DNA from: Eledone cirrhosa
Taxonomy: Eukaryota
Direction of reading: 5' to 3'
DNA length: 64,000 bases
NCBI GenBank assembly: GCA_964016885.1
Contig: OZ024740.1
Location: forward strand, 421,662,001 to 421,726,000
Below the pieces are notes generated by a model that saw only the letters and a program-made list of their open reading frames with translations, made no database searches and was not told the origin of the DNA. This document shows, in pieces, positions 14,901 to 29,639 of this stretch. Position numbers and translations under genes: made by a program. Every line of letters starts with the position of its first letter. Position 1 is the stretch's first letter.

Positions 14901-17900
14901 AGATATGTGTGTCATATTAAACCTAAATAGAAAGGTGGATTAACATAGATATATGTGTCATATTAAACCTACATAGAAAGGTGAATTAACTTAGATATGT
15001 GTCATATTAAACCTTCATGGAAAGGTGGATTAACATAGATATATGTGTCATATTAAACCTACATAGAAAGGTGGATTAACATAGATATATGTGTCATATT
15101 AAACCTACATAGAAAGGTGGAGTAACATAGATATATGTGTCATATTAAACCTACATAGAAAGGTGGATTAACATAGATATATGTGTCATATAAAACCAAC
15201 ATAGAAAGGTGGATTAACATAGATATACGTGTCATATTAAACCTACATAGAAAGGTGAATTAACTTAGATATATGTGTCATATTAAACCTACATAGAAAG
15301 GTGGATTAACATAGATATATGTGTCATATTAAACCTACATAGAAAGGTGGATTAACATAGATATATGTGTCATATTAAACCTACATAGAAAGGTGAATTA
15401 ACTTAGATATATGTGTCATATTAAACCTACATAGAAAGGTGAATTAACTTAGATATATGTGTCATATTAAACCTACATAGAAAGGTGGATTAACATAGAT
15501 ATATGTGTCATATTAAACCTACATAGAAAGGTGAATTAACTTAGATATATGTGTCATATTAAACCAACATAGAAAGGTGGATTAACATAGATATACGTGT
15601 CATATTAAACCTACATAGAAAGGTGAATTAACTTAGATATATGTGTCATATTAAACCTACATAGAAAGGTGAATTAACATAGATATATGTGTCATATTAA
15701 ACCTACATAGAAAGGTGGATTAACTTAGATATATGTGTGTCATATTAAACCTACATAGAAAGATGAATGAACTTAGATATATGTGTCATATTAAACCTTC
15801 ATAGAAAGGTGGATTAACTTAGATATATGTGTCATATTAAACCAACATAGAAAGGTGGATTAACATAGATATATGTGTCATATTAAACCTACATAAAAAG
15901 GTGGATTAACTTAGATATATGTGTCATATTAAACCAACATAGAAAGATGAATGAACTTAGATATATGTGTCATATTAAACCTACATAAAAAGGTGAATTA
16001 ACTTAGATATATGTGTCATATTAAACCTTCATAGAAAGGTGGATTAACTTAGATATGTGTGTCATATTAAACCTAAATAGAAGGGTGGATTAACATAGAT
16101 ATATGTGTCATATTAAACCTACATAGAAAGCTGAATTAACTTAGATATATGTGTCATATTAAACCTAAATAGAAAGGTGGATTAACATAGATATGTGTCA
16201 TATTAAACCTACATAGAAAGGTGGATTAACATAGATATACGTGTCATATTAAACCTACATAGAAAGGTGGATTAACATAGATATATGTGTCATATTAAAC
16301 CTACATAGAAAGGTGGATTAACATAGATATATGTGTCATATTAAACCTACATAGAAAGGTGGATTAACATAGATATATGTGTCATATTAAACCTACATAG
16401 AAAGGTGAATTAACATAGATATATGTGTCATATTAAACCTACATAGAAAGGTGGATTAACTTAGATATATGTGTGTCATATTAAACCTACATAGAAAGAT
16501 GAATGAACTTAGATATATGTGTCATATTAAACCTTCATAGAAAGGTGGATTAACTTAGATATGTGTGTCATATTAAACCTAAATAGAAGGGTGGATTAAC
16601 ATAGATATATGTGTCATATTAAACCTACATAGAAAGCTGAATTAACTTAGATATATGTGTCATATTAAACCTACATGGAAAGGTGGATTAACATAGATAT
16701 ATGTGTCATATTAAACCTACATAGAAAGGTGGATTAACATAGATATATGTGTCATATTAAACCTACATAGAAAGGTGAATTAACTTAGATATATGTGTCA
16801 TATTAAACCTACATAGAAAGGTGAAGTAACTTAGATATATGTGTCATATTAAACCTACATAGAAAGGTGAATTAACTTAGATATATGTGTCATATTAAAC
16901 CTACATAGAAAGGTGGATTAACTTAGATATGTGTGTCATATTAAACCTACATAGAAAGGTGAATTAACTTAGATATATGTGTCATATTAAACCTAAATAG
17001 AAAGGTGGATTAACATAGATATATGTGTCATATTAAACCTACATAGAAAGGTGGATTAACATAGATATATGTGTCATATTAAACCTACATAGAAAGGTGA
17101 ATTAACTTAGATATATGTGTCATATTAAACCTTCATGGAAAGGTGGATTAACATAGATATATGTGTCATATTAAACCTACATAGAAAGGTGGATTAACTT
17201 AGATATATGTGTCATATTAAACCTACATAGAAAGGTGGATTAACTTAGATATATGTGTCATATCAAACCTACATAGAAAGGTGAATTAACTTAGATATAT
17301 GTGTCATATTAAACCTACATAGAAAGGTGAATTAACTTAGATATATGTGTCACATTAAACCTACATAGAAAGGTGGATTAACATAGATATATGTGTCATA
17401 TTAAACCTACATAGAAAGGTGAATTAACTTAGATATATGTGTCATATTAAACCTACATAGAAAGGTGGATTAACTTAGATATATGTGTGTCATATTAAAC
17501 CTACATAGAAAGGTGAATGAACTTAGATATATGTGTCATATTAAACCTTCATAGAAAGGTGGATTAACTTAGATATATGTGTCATATTAAACCTACATAG
17601 AAAGGTGGATTAACTTAGATATATGTGTCATATCAAACCTACATAGAAAGGTGAATTAACTTAGATATATGTGTCATATTAAACCTACATAGAAAGGTGA
17701 ATTAACTTAGATATATGTGTCACATTAAACCTACATAGAAAGGTGGATTAACATAGATATATGTGTCATATTAAACCTACATAGAAAGATGAATGAACTT
17801 AGATATATGTGTCATATTAAACCTTCATAGAAAGGTGGATTAACTTAGATATATGTGTCATATTAAACCAACATAGAAAGGTGGATTAACATAGATATAT

Positions 17901-20900
17901 GTGTCATATTAAACCTACATAAAAATGTGGATTAACTTAGATATATGTGTCATATCAAACCAACATAGAAAGGTGGATTAACATAGATATACGTGTCATA
18001 TTAAACCTACATAGAAAGGTGAATTAACTTAGATATATGTGTCATATTAAACCTACATAGAAAGGTGGATTAACATAGATATATGTGTCATATTAAACCT
18101 ACATAGAAAGGTGGATTAACATAGATATATGTGTCATATTAAACCTACATAGAAAGGTGAATTAACTTAGATATATATGTCATATTAAACCTACATAGAA
18201 AGGTGGATTAACTTAGATATGTGTGTCATATTAAACCTACATAGAAAGGTGAATTAACTTAGATATATGTGTCATATTAAACCTAAATAGAAAGGTGGAT
18301 TAACATAGATATATGTGTCATATTAAACCTACATAGAAAGGTGGATTAACATAGATATATGTGTCATATTAAACCTACATAGAAAGGTGAATTAACTTAG
18401 ATATATGTGTCATATTAAACCTTCATGGAAAGGTGGATTAACATAGATATATGTGTCATATTAAACCTACATAGAAAGGTGAATTAACATAGATATATGT
18501 GTCTTATTAAACCTACATAGAAAGGTGGATTAACTTAGATATATGTGTCATATTAAACCAACATAGAAAGGTGGATTAACATAGATATATGTGTCATATT
18601 AAACCTACATAGAAAGGTGGATTAACTTAGATATATGTGTCATATTAAACCTACATAGAAAGGTGGATTAACATAGATATATGTGTCATATTAAACCTAC
18701 ATAGAAAGGTGAATTAACTTAGATATGTGTCATATTAAACCTTCATGGAAAGGTGGATTAACATAGATATATGTGTCATATTAAACCTACATAGAAAGGT
18801 GGATTAACATAGATATATGTGTCATATTAAACCAACATAGAAAGGTGGATTAACATAGATATACGTGTCATATTAAACCTACATAGAAAGGTGGATTAAC
18901 ATAGATATATGTGTCATATTAAACCTACATAGAAAGGTGGATTAACATAGATATACGTGTCATATTAAACCTACATAGAAAGGTGGATTAACTTAGATAT
19001 GTGTGTCATATTAAACCTAAATAGAAAGGTGGATTAACATAGATATATGTGTCATATTAAACCTACATAGAAAGGTGAATTAACTTAGATATGTGTCATA
19101 TTAAACCTTCATGGAAAGGTGGATTAACATAGATATATGTGTCATATTAAACCTACATAGAAAGGTGGATTAACATAGATATATGTGTCATATTAAACCT
19201 ACATAGAAAGGTGGAGTAACATAGATATATGTGTCATATTAAACCTACATAGAAAGGTGGATTAACATAGATATATGTGTCATATAAAACCAACATAGAA
19301 AGGTGGATTAACATAGATATACGTGTCATATTAAACCTACATAGAAAGGTGAATTAACTTAGATATATGTGTCATATTAAACCTACATAGAAAGGTGGAT
19401 TAACATAGATATATGTGTCATATTAAACCTACATAGAAAGGTGGATTAACATAGATATATGTGTCATATTAAACCTACATAGAAAGGTGAATTAACTTAG
19501 ATATATGTGTCATATTAAACCTACATAGAAAGGTGAATTAACTTAGATATATGTGTCATATTAAACCTACATAGAAAGGTGGATTAACATAGATATATGT
19601 GTCATATTAAACCTACATAGAAAGGTGAATTAACTTAGATATATGTGTCATATTAAACCAACATAGAAAGGTGGATTAACATAGATATACGTGTCATATT
19701 AAACCTACATAGAAAGGTGAATTAACTTAGATATATGTGTCATATTAAACCTACATAGAAAGGTGAATTAACATAGATATATGTGTCATATTAAACCTAC
19801 ATAGAAAGGTGGATTAACTTAGATATATGTGTGTCATATTAAACCTACATAGAAAGATGAATGAACTTAGATATATGTGTCATATTAAACCTTCATAGAA
19901 AGGTGGATTAACTTAGATATATGTGTCATATTAAACCAACATAGAAAGGTGGATTAACATAGATATATGTGTCATATTAAACCTACATAAAAAGGTGGAT
20001 TAACTTAGATATATGTGTCATATTAAACCAACATAGAAAGATGAATGAACTTAGATATATGTGTCATATTAAACCTACATAAAAAGGTGAATTAACTTAG
20101 ATATATGTGTCATATTAAACCTTCATAGAAAGGTGGATTAACTTAGATATGTGTGTCATATTAAACCTAAATAGAAGGGTGGATTAACATAGATATATGT
20201 GTCATATTAAACCTACATAGAAAGCTGAATTAACATAGATATATGTGTCATATTAAACCTACATAGAAAGGTGGATTAACTTAGATATATGTGTGTCATA
20301 TTAAACCTACATAGAAAGGTGAATTAACTTAGATATATGTGTCATATTAAACCTACATAGAAAGGTGAATTAACTTAGATATATGTGTCATATTAAACCT
20401 ACATAGAAAGGTGGATTAACATAGATATATGTGTCATATTAAACCTACATAGAAAGGTGAATTAACTTAGATATGTGTGTCATATTAAACCAACATAGAA
20501 AGGTGGATTAACATAGATATACGTGTCATATTAAACCTACATAGAAAGGTGAATTAACTTAGATATATGTGTCATATTAAACCTACATAGAAAGGTGGAT
20601 TAATATAGATATATGTGTCATATTAAACCTACATAGAAAGGTGGATTAACATAGATATATGTGTCATATTAAGCCTACATAGAAAGGTGAATTAACTTAG
20701 ATATATGTGTCATATTAAACCTTCATGGAAAGGTGGATTAACATAGATATATGTGTCATATTAAACCTACATAGAAAGGTGAATTAACATAGATATATGT
20801 GTCATATTAAACCTACATAGAAAGGTGGATTAACTTAGATATATGTGTCATATTAAACCAACATAGAAAGGTGGATTAACATAGATATATGTGTCATATT

Positions 20901-23900
20901 AAACATACATAGAAAGGTGGATTAACTTAGATATATGTGTCATATTAAACCTACATAGAAAGATGAATGAACTTAGATATATGTGTCATATTAAACGTAC
21001 ATAAAAAGGTGAATTAACTTAGATATATGTGTCATATTAAACCTTCATAGAAAGGTGGATTAACTTAGATATGTGTGTCATATTAAACCTAAATAGAAAG
21101 GTGGATTAACATAGATATATGTGTCATATTAAACCTACATAGAAAGGTGGATTAACATAGATATACGTGTCATATTAAACCTACATAGAAAGGTGGATTA
21201 ACATAGATATATGTGTCATATTAAACCTACATAGAAAGGTGGATTAACATAGATATATGTGTCATATTAAACCTACATAGAAAGGTGGATTAACATAGAT
21301 ATATGTGTCATATTAAACCTACATAGAAAGGTGAATTAACATAGATATATGTGTCATATTAAACCTACATAGAAAGGTGGATTAACTTAGATATATGTGT
21401 GTCATATTAAACCTACATAGAAAGATGAATGAACTTAGATATATGTGTCATATTAAACCTTCATAGAAAGGTGGATTAACTTAGATATGTGTGTCATATT
21501 AAACCTAAATAGAAGGGTGGATTAACATAGATATATGTGTCATATTAAACCTACATAGAAAGCTGAATTAACTTAGATATATGTGTCATATTAAACCTAC
21601 ATAGAAAGGTGGATTAACATAGATATATGTGTCATATTAAACCTACATAGAAAGGTGAATTAACTTAGATATATGTGTCATATTAAACCTACATAGAAAG
21701 CTGAATTAACTTAGATATATGTGTCATATTAAACCTACATAGAAAGGTGAATTAACTTAGATATATGTGTCATATTAAACCTTCATGGAAAGGTGGATTA
21801 ACATAGATATATGTGTCATATTAAACCTACATAGAAAGGTGGATTAACATAGATATATCTGTCATATTAAACCTACATAGAAAGGTGAAGTAACTTAGAT
21901 ATATGTGTCATATTAAACCTACATAGAAAGGTGAATTAACTTAGATATATGTGTCATATTAAACCTACATAGAAAGGTGAATTAACTTAGATATATGTGT
22001 CATATTAAACCTACATAGAAAGGTGGATTAACTTAGATATGTGTGTCATATTAAACCTAAATAGAAAGGTGGATTAACATAGATATATGTGTCATATTAA
22101 ACCTACATAGAAAGGTGAATTAACTTAGATATGTGTCATATTAAACCTTCATGGAAAGGTGGATTAACATAGATATATGTGTCATATTAAACCTACATAG
22201 AAAGGTGGATTAACATAGATATATGTGTCATATCAAACCAACATAGAAAGGTGGATTAACATAGATATACGTGTCATATTAAACCTACATAGAAAGGTGA
22301 ATTAACTTAGATATATGTGTCATATTAAACCTACATAGAAAGGTGGATTAACATAGATATATGTGTCATATTAAACCTACATAGAAAGGTGGATTAACAT
22401 AGATATATGTGTCATATTAAACCTACATAGAAAGGTGAATTAACTTAGATATATATGTCATATTAAACCTACATAGAAAGGTGGATTAACTTAGATATGT
22501 GTGTCATATTAAACCTACATAGAAAGGTGAATTAACTTAGATATATGTGTCATATTAAACCTACATAGAAAGGTGGATTAACATAGATATATGTGTCATA
22601 TTAAACCTACATAGAAAGGTGAATTAACTTAGATATATGTGTCATATTAAACCTTCATGGAAAGGTGGATTAACATAGATATATGTGTCATATTAAACCT
22701 ACATAGAAAGGTGAATTAACATAGATATATGTGTCATATTAAACCTACATAGAAAGGTGGATTAACTTAGATATATGTGTCATATTAAACCAACATAGAA
22801 AGGTGGATTAACATAGATATATGTGTCATATTAAACCTACATAGAAAGGTGGATTAACTTAGATATTTGTGTCATATTAAACCTACATAGAAAGGTGGAT
22901 TAACATAGATATATGTGTCATATTAAACCTACATAGAAAGGTGAATTAACTTAGATATGTGTCATATTAAACCTTCATGGAAAGGTGGATTAACATAGAT
23001 ATATGTGTCATATTAAACCTACATAGAAAGGTGGATTAACATAGATATATGTGTCATATTAAACCAACATAGAAAGGTGGATTAACATAGATATACGTGT
23101 CATATTAAACCTACATAGAAAGGTGGATTAACATAGATATATGTGTCATATTAAACCTACATAGAAAGGTGGATTAACATAGATATACGTGTCATATTAA
23201 ACCTACATAGAAAGGTGGATTAACTTAGATATGTGTGTCATATTAAACCTAAATAGAAAGGTGGATTAACATAGATATATGTGTCATATTAAACCTACAT
23301 AGAAAGGTGAATTAACTTAGATATGTGTCATATTAAACCTTCATGGAAAGGTGGATTAACATAGATATATGTGTCATATTAAACCTACATAGAAAGGTGG
23401 ATTAACATAGATATATGTGTCATATTAAACCTACATAGAAAGGTGGAGTAACATAGATATATGTGTCATATTAAACCTACATAGAAAGGTGGATTAACAT
23501 AGATATATGTGTCATATAAAACCAACATAGAAAGGTGGATTAACATAGATATACGTGTCATATTAAACCTACATAGAAAGGTGAATTAACTTAGATATAT
23601 GTGTCATATTAAACCTACATAGAAAGGTGGATTAACATAGATATATGTGTCATATTAAACCTACATAGAAAGGTGGATTAACATAGATATATGTGTCATA
23701 TTAAACCTACATAGAAAGGTGAATTAACTTAGATATATGTGTCATATTAAACCTACATAGAAAGGTGAATTAACTTAGATATATGTGTCATATTAAACCT
23801 ACATAGAAAGGTGGATTAACATAGATATATGTGTCATATTAAACCTACATAGAAAGGTGAATTAACTTAGATATATGTGTCATATTAAACCAACATAGAA

Positions 23901-24150
23901 AGGTGGATTAACATAGATATACGTGTCATATTAAACCTACATAGAAAGGTGAATTAACTTAGATATATGTGTCATATTAAACCTACATAGAAAGGTGAAT
24001 TAACATAGATATATGTGTCATATTAAACCTACATAGAAAGGTGGATTAACTTAGATATATGTGTGTCATATTAAACCTACATAGAAAGATGAATGAACTT
24101 AGATATATGTGTCATATTAAACCTTCATAGAAAGGTGGATTAACTTAGAT
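11950..24150. repeat. Dispersed block duplication within the array: ~12.0-15.8 kb copied at ~20.3-24.1 kb (offset 8,372 bp)
   Basis: AAGCCTAC 12301/20673, AAACATAC 12533/20905, AAACGTAC 12625/20997 and CATATCAAACCAAC 13862/22234 are all +8372. After a one-monomer loss the offset is 8326 (CATATAAAACCAAC 15192/23518). Confidence 0.85.
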
Positions 24151-27100
24151 ATGTGTGTCATATTAAACCTAAATAGAAGGGTGGATTAACATAGATATAT
24201 GTGTCATATTAAACCTACATAGAAAGCTGAATTAACTTAGATATATGTGTCATATTAAACCTACATAGAAAGGTGGATTAACATAGATATATGTGTCATA
24301 TTAAACCTACATAGAAAGGTGAATTAACTTAGATATATGTGTCATATTAAACCTACATAGAAAGCTGAATTAACTTAGATATATGTGTCATATTAAACCT
24401 ACATAGAAAGGTGAATTAACTTAGATATATGTGTCATATTAAACCTTCATGGAAAGGTGGATTAACATAGATATATGTGTCATATTAAACCTACATAGAA
24501 AGGTGGATTAACATAGATATATGTGTCATATTAAACCTACATAGAAAGGTGAAGTAACTTAGATATATGTGTCATATTAAACCTACATAGAAAGGTGAAT
24601 TAACTTAGATATATGTGTCATATTAAACCTACATAGAAAGGTGAATTAACTTAGATATATGTGTCATATTAAACCTACATAGAAAGGTGGATTAACTTAG
24701 ATATGTGTGTCATATTAAACCTAAATAGAAAGGTGGATTAACATAGATATATGTGTCATATTAAACCTACATAGAAAGGTGAATTAACTTAGATATGTGT
24801 CATATTAAACCTTCATGGAAAGGTGGATTAACATAGATATATGTGTCATATTAAACCTACATAGAAAGGTGGATTAACATAGATATATGTGTCATATCAA
24901 ACCAACATAGAAAGGTGGATTAACATAGATATACGTGTCATATTAAACCTACATAGAAAGGTGAATTAACTTAGATATATGTGTCATATTAAACCTACAT
25001 AGAAAGGTGGATTAACATAGATATATGTGTCATATTAAACCTACATAGAAAGGTGGATTAACATAGATATATGTGTCATATTAAACCTACATAGAAAGGT
25101 GAATTAACTTAGATATATATGTCATATTAAACCTACATAGAAAGGTGGATTAACTTAGATATGTGTGTCATATTAAACCTACATAGAAAGGTGAATTAAC
25201 TTAGATATATGTGTCATATTAAACCTAAATAGAAAGGTGGATTAACATAGATATATGTGTCATATTAAACCTACATAGAAAGGTGGATTAACATAGATAT
25301 ATGTGTCATATTAAACCTACATAGAAAGGTGAATTAACTTAGATATATGTGTCATATTAAACCTTCATGGAAAGGTGGATTAACATAGATATATGTGTCA
25401 TATTAAACCTACATAGAAAGGTGAATTAACATAGATATATGTGTCATATTAAACCTACATAGAAAGGTGGATTAACTTAGATATATGTGTCATATTAAAC
25501 CAACATAGAAAGGTGGATTAACATAGATATATGTGTCATATTAAACCTACATAGAAAGGTGGATTAACTTAGATATATGTGTCATATTAAACCTACATAG
25601 AAAGGTGGATTAACATAGATATATGTGTCATATTAAACCTACATAGAAAGGTGAATTAACTTAGATATGTGTCATATTAAACCTTCATGGAAAGGTGGAT
25701 TAACATAGATATATGTGTCATATTAAACCTACATAGAAAGGTGGATTAACATAGATATATGTGTCATATTAAACCAACATAGAAAGGTGGATTAACATAG
25801 ATATACGTGTCATATTAAACCTACATAGAAAGGTGGATTAACATAGATATATGTGTCATATTAAACCTACATAGAAAGGTGGATTAACATAGATATACGT
25901 GTCATATTAAACCTACATAGAAAGGTGGATTAACTTAGATATGTGTGTCATATTAAACCTAAATAGAAAGGTGGATTAACATAGATATATGTGTCATATT
26001 AAACCTACATAGAAAGGTGAATTAACTTAGATATGTGTCATATTAAACCTTCATGGAAAGGTGGATTAACATAGATATATGTGTCATATTAAACCTACAT
26101 AGAAAGGTGGATTAACATAGATATATGTGTCATATTAAACCTACATAGAAAGGTGGAGTAACATAGATATATGTGTCATATTAAACCTACATAGAAAGGT
26201 GGATTAACATAGATATATGTGTCATATAAAACCAACATAGAAAGGTGGATTAACATAGATATACGTGTCATATTAAACCTACATAGAAAGGTGAATTAAC
26301 TTAGATATATGTGTCATATTAAACCTACATAGAAAGGTGGATTAACATAGATATATGTGTCATATTAAACCTACATAGAAAGGTGGATTAACATAGATAT
26401 ATGTGTCATATTAAACCTACATAGAAAGGTGAATTAACTTAGATATATGTGTCATATTAAACCTACATAGAAAGGTGAATTAACTAAGATATATGTGTCA
26501 TATTAAACCTACATAGAAAGGTGGATTAACATAGATATATGTGTCATATTAAACCTACATAGAAAGGTGAATTAACTTAGATATATGTGTCATATTAAAC
26601 CAACATAGAAAGGTGGATTAACATAGATATACGTGTCATATTAAACCTACATAGAAAGGTGAATTAACTTAGATATATGTGTCATATTAAACCTACATAG
26701 AAAGGTGGATTAATATAGATATATGTGTCATATTAAACCTACATAGAAAGGTGGATTAACTTAGATATGTGTGTCATATTAAACCTAAATAGAAAGGTGG
26801 ATTAACATAGATATATGTGTCATATTAAACCTACATAGAAAGGTGAATTAACTTAGATATGTGTCATATTAAACCTTCATGGAAAGGTGGATTAACATAG
26901 ATATATGTGTCATATTAAACCTACATAGAAAGGTGGATTAACATAGATATATGTGTCATATTAAACCAACATAGAAAGGTGGATTAACATAGATATACGT
27001 GTCATATTAAACCTACATAGAAAGGTGAATTAACTTAGATATATGTGTCATATTAAACCTACATAGAAAGGTGGATTAACATAGATATATGTGTCATATT

Positions 27101-29639
27101 AAACCTACATAGAAAGGTGGATTAACATAGATATATGTCATATTAAACCTACATAGAAAGGTGAATTAACTTAGATATATATGTCATATTAAACCTACAT
27201 AGAAAGGTGGATTAACTTAGATATGTGTGTCATATTAAACCTACATAGAAAGGTGAATTAACTTAGATATATGTGTCATATTAAACCTAAATAGAAAGGT
27301 GGATTAACATAGATATATGTGTCATATTAAACCTACATAGAAAGGTGGATTAACATAGATATATGTGTCATATTAAACCAACATAGAAAGGTGGATTAAC
27401 ATAGATATATGTGTCATATTAAACCTACATAGAAAGGTGGATTAACTTAGATATATGTGTCATATTAAACCTACATAGAAAGGTGGATTAACTTAGATAT
27501 ATGTGTCATATCAAACCTACATAGAAAGGTGAATTAACTTAGATATATGTGTCATATTAAACCTACATAGAAAGGTGAATTAACTTAGATATATGTGTCA
27601 CATTAAACCTACATAGAAAGGTGGATTAACATAGATATATGTGTCATATTAAACCTACATAGAAAGGTGAATTAACTTAGATATATGTGTCATATTAAAC
27701 CTACATAGAAAGGTGGATTAACTTAGATATATGTGTGTCATATTAAACCTACATAGAAAGATGAATGAACTTAGATATATGTGTCATATTAAACCTTCAT
27801 AGAAAGGTGGATTAACTTAGATATGTGTGTCATATTAAACCTAAATAGAAGGGTGGATTAACATAGATATATGTGTCATATTAAACCTACATAGAAAGGT
27901 GGAGTAACATAGATATATGTGTCATATTAAACCTACATAGAAAGGTGGATTAACATAGATATATGTGTCATATTAAACCTACATAGAAAGGTGGATTAAC
28001 ATAGATATACGTGTCATATTAAACCTACATAGAAAGGTGGATTAACTTAGATATGTGTGTCATATTAAACCTAAATAGAAAGGTGGATTAACATAGATAT
28101 ATGTGTCATATTAAACCTACATAGAAAGGTGAATTAACTTAGATATGTGTCATATTAAACCAACATAGAAAGGTGGATTAACATAGATATACGTGTCATA
28201 TTAAACCTACATAGAAAGGTGAATTAACTTAGATATATGTGTCATATTAAACCTACATAGAAAGGTGGATTAATATAGATATATGTGTCATATTAAACCT
28301 ACATAGAAAGGTGGATTAACATAGATATATGTGTCATATTAAACCTACATAGAAAGGTGAATTAACTTAGATATATGTGTCATATTAAACCTACATAGAA
28401 AGGTAGATTAACTTAGATATATGTGTCATATTAAACCTACATAGAAAGATGAATTAACTTAGATATATGTGTCATATTAAACCTACATAGAAAGGTGAAT
28501 TAACTTAGATATATGTGTCATATTAAACCTAAATAGAAAGGTGGATTAACATAGATATATGTGTCATATTAAACCTACATAGAAAGGTGAATTAACTTAG
28601 ATATATGTGTCATATTAAACCTTCATGGAAAGGTGGATTAACATAGATATATGTGTCATATTAAACCTACATAGAAAGGTGGATTAACATAGATATATGT
28701 GTCATATTAAACCTTCATAGAAAGGTGAATTAACTTAGATATATGTGTCATATTAAACCTACATAGAAAGGTGGATTAACATAGATATATGTGTCATATT
28801 AAACCTACATAGAAAGGTGGATTAACATAGATATATGTGTCATATTAAACCTACATAGAAAGGTGAATTAACTTAGATATGTGTCATATTAAACCTACAT
28901 AGAAAGGTGGATTAACATAGATAGGTGTGTCATATTAAACCTACATAGAAAGGTGAATTAACTTAGATATATGTGTCATATTAAACCTACATAGAAAGGT
29001 GAATTAACTTAGATATATGTGTCATATTAAACCAACATAGAAAGGTGGATTAACATAGATATACGTGTCATATTAAACCTACATAGAAAGGTGGATTAAT
29101 ATAGATATATGTGTCATATTAAACCTACATAGAAAGGTGGATTAACATAGATATATGTGTCATATTAAACCTACATAGAAAGGTGAATTAACTTAGATAT
29201 ATGTGTCATATTAAACCTACATAGAAAGGTGGATTAACATAGATATATGTGTCATATTAAACCTACATAGAAAGGTGAATTAACTTAGATATATGTGTCA
29301 TATTAAACCTACTTAGAAAGGTGAATTAACTTAGATATATGTGTCATATTAAACCTACATAGAAAGGTGGATTAACATAGATATATGTGTCATATTAAAC
29401 CTACATAGAAAGGTGAATGAACTTAGATATATGTGTCATATTAAACCTTCATAGAAAGGTGGATTAACTTAGATATGTGTGTCATATTAAACCTAAATAG
29501 AAGGGTGGATTAACATAGATATATGTGTCATATTAAACCTACATAGAAAGGTGGAGTAACATAGATATATGTGTCATATTAAACCTACATAGAAAGGTGG
29601 ATTAACATAGATATATGTGTCATATTAAACCTACATAGA

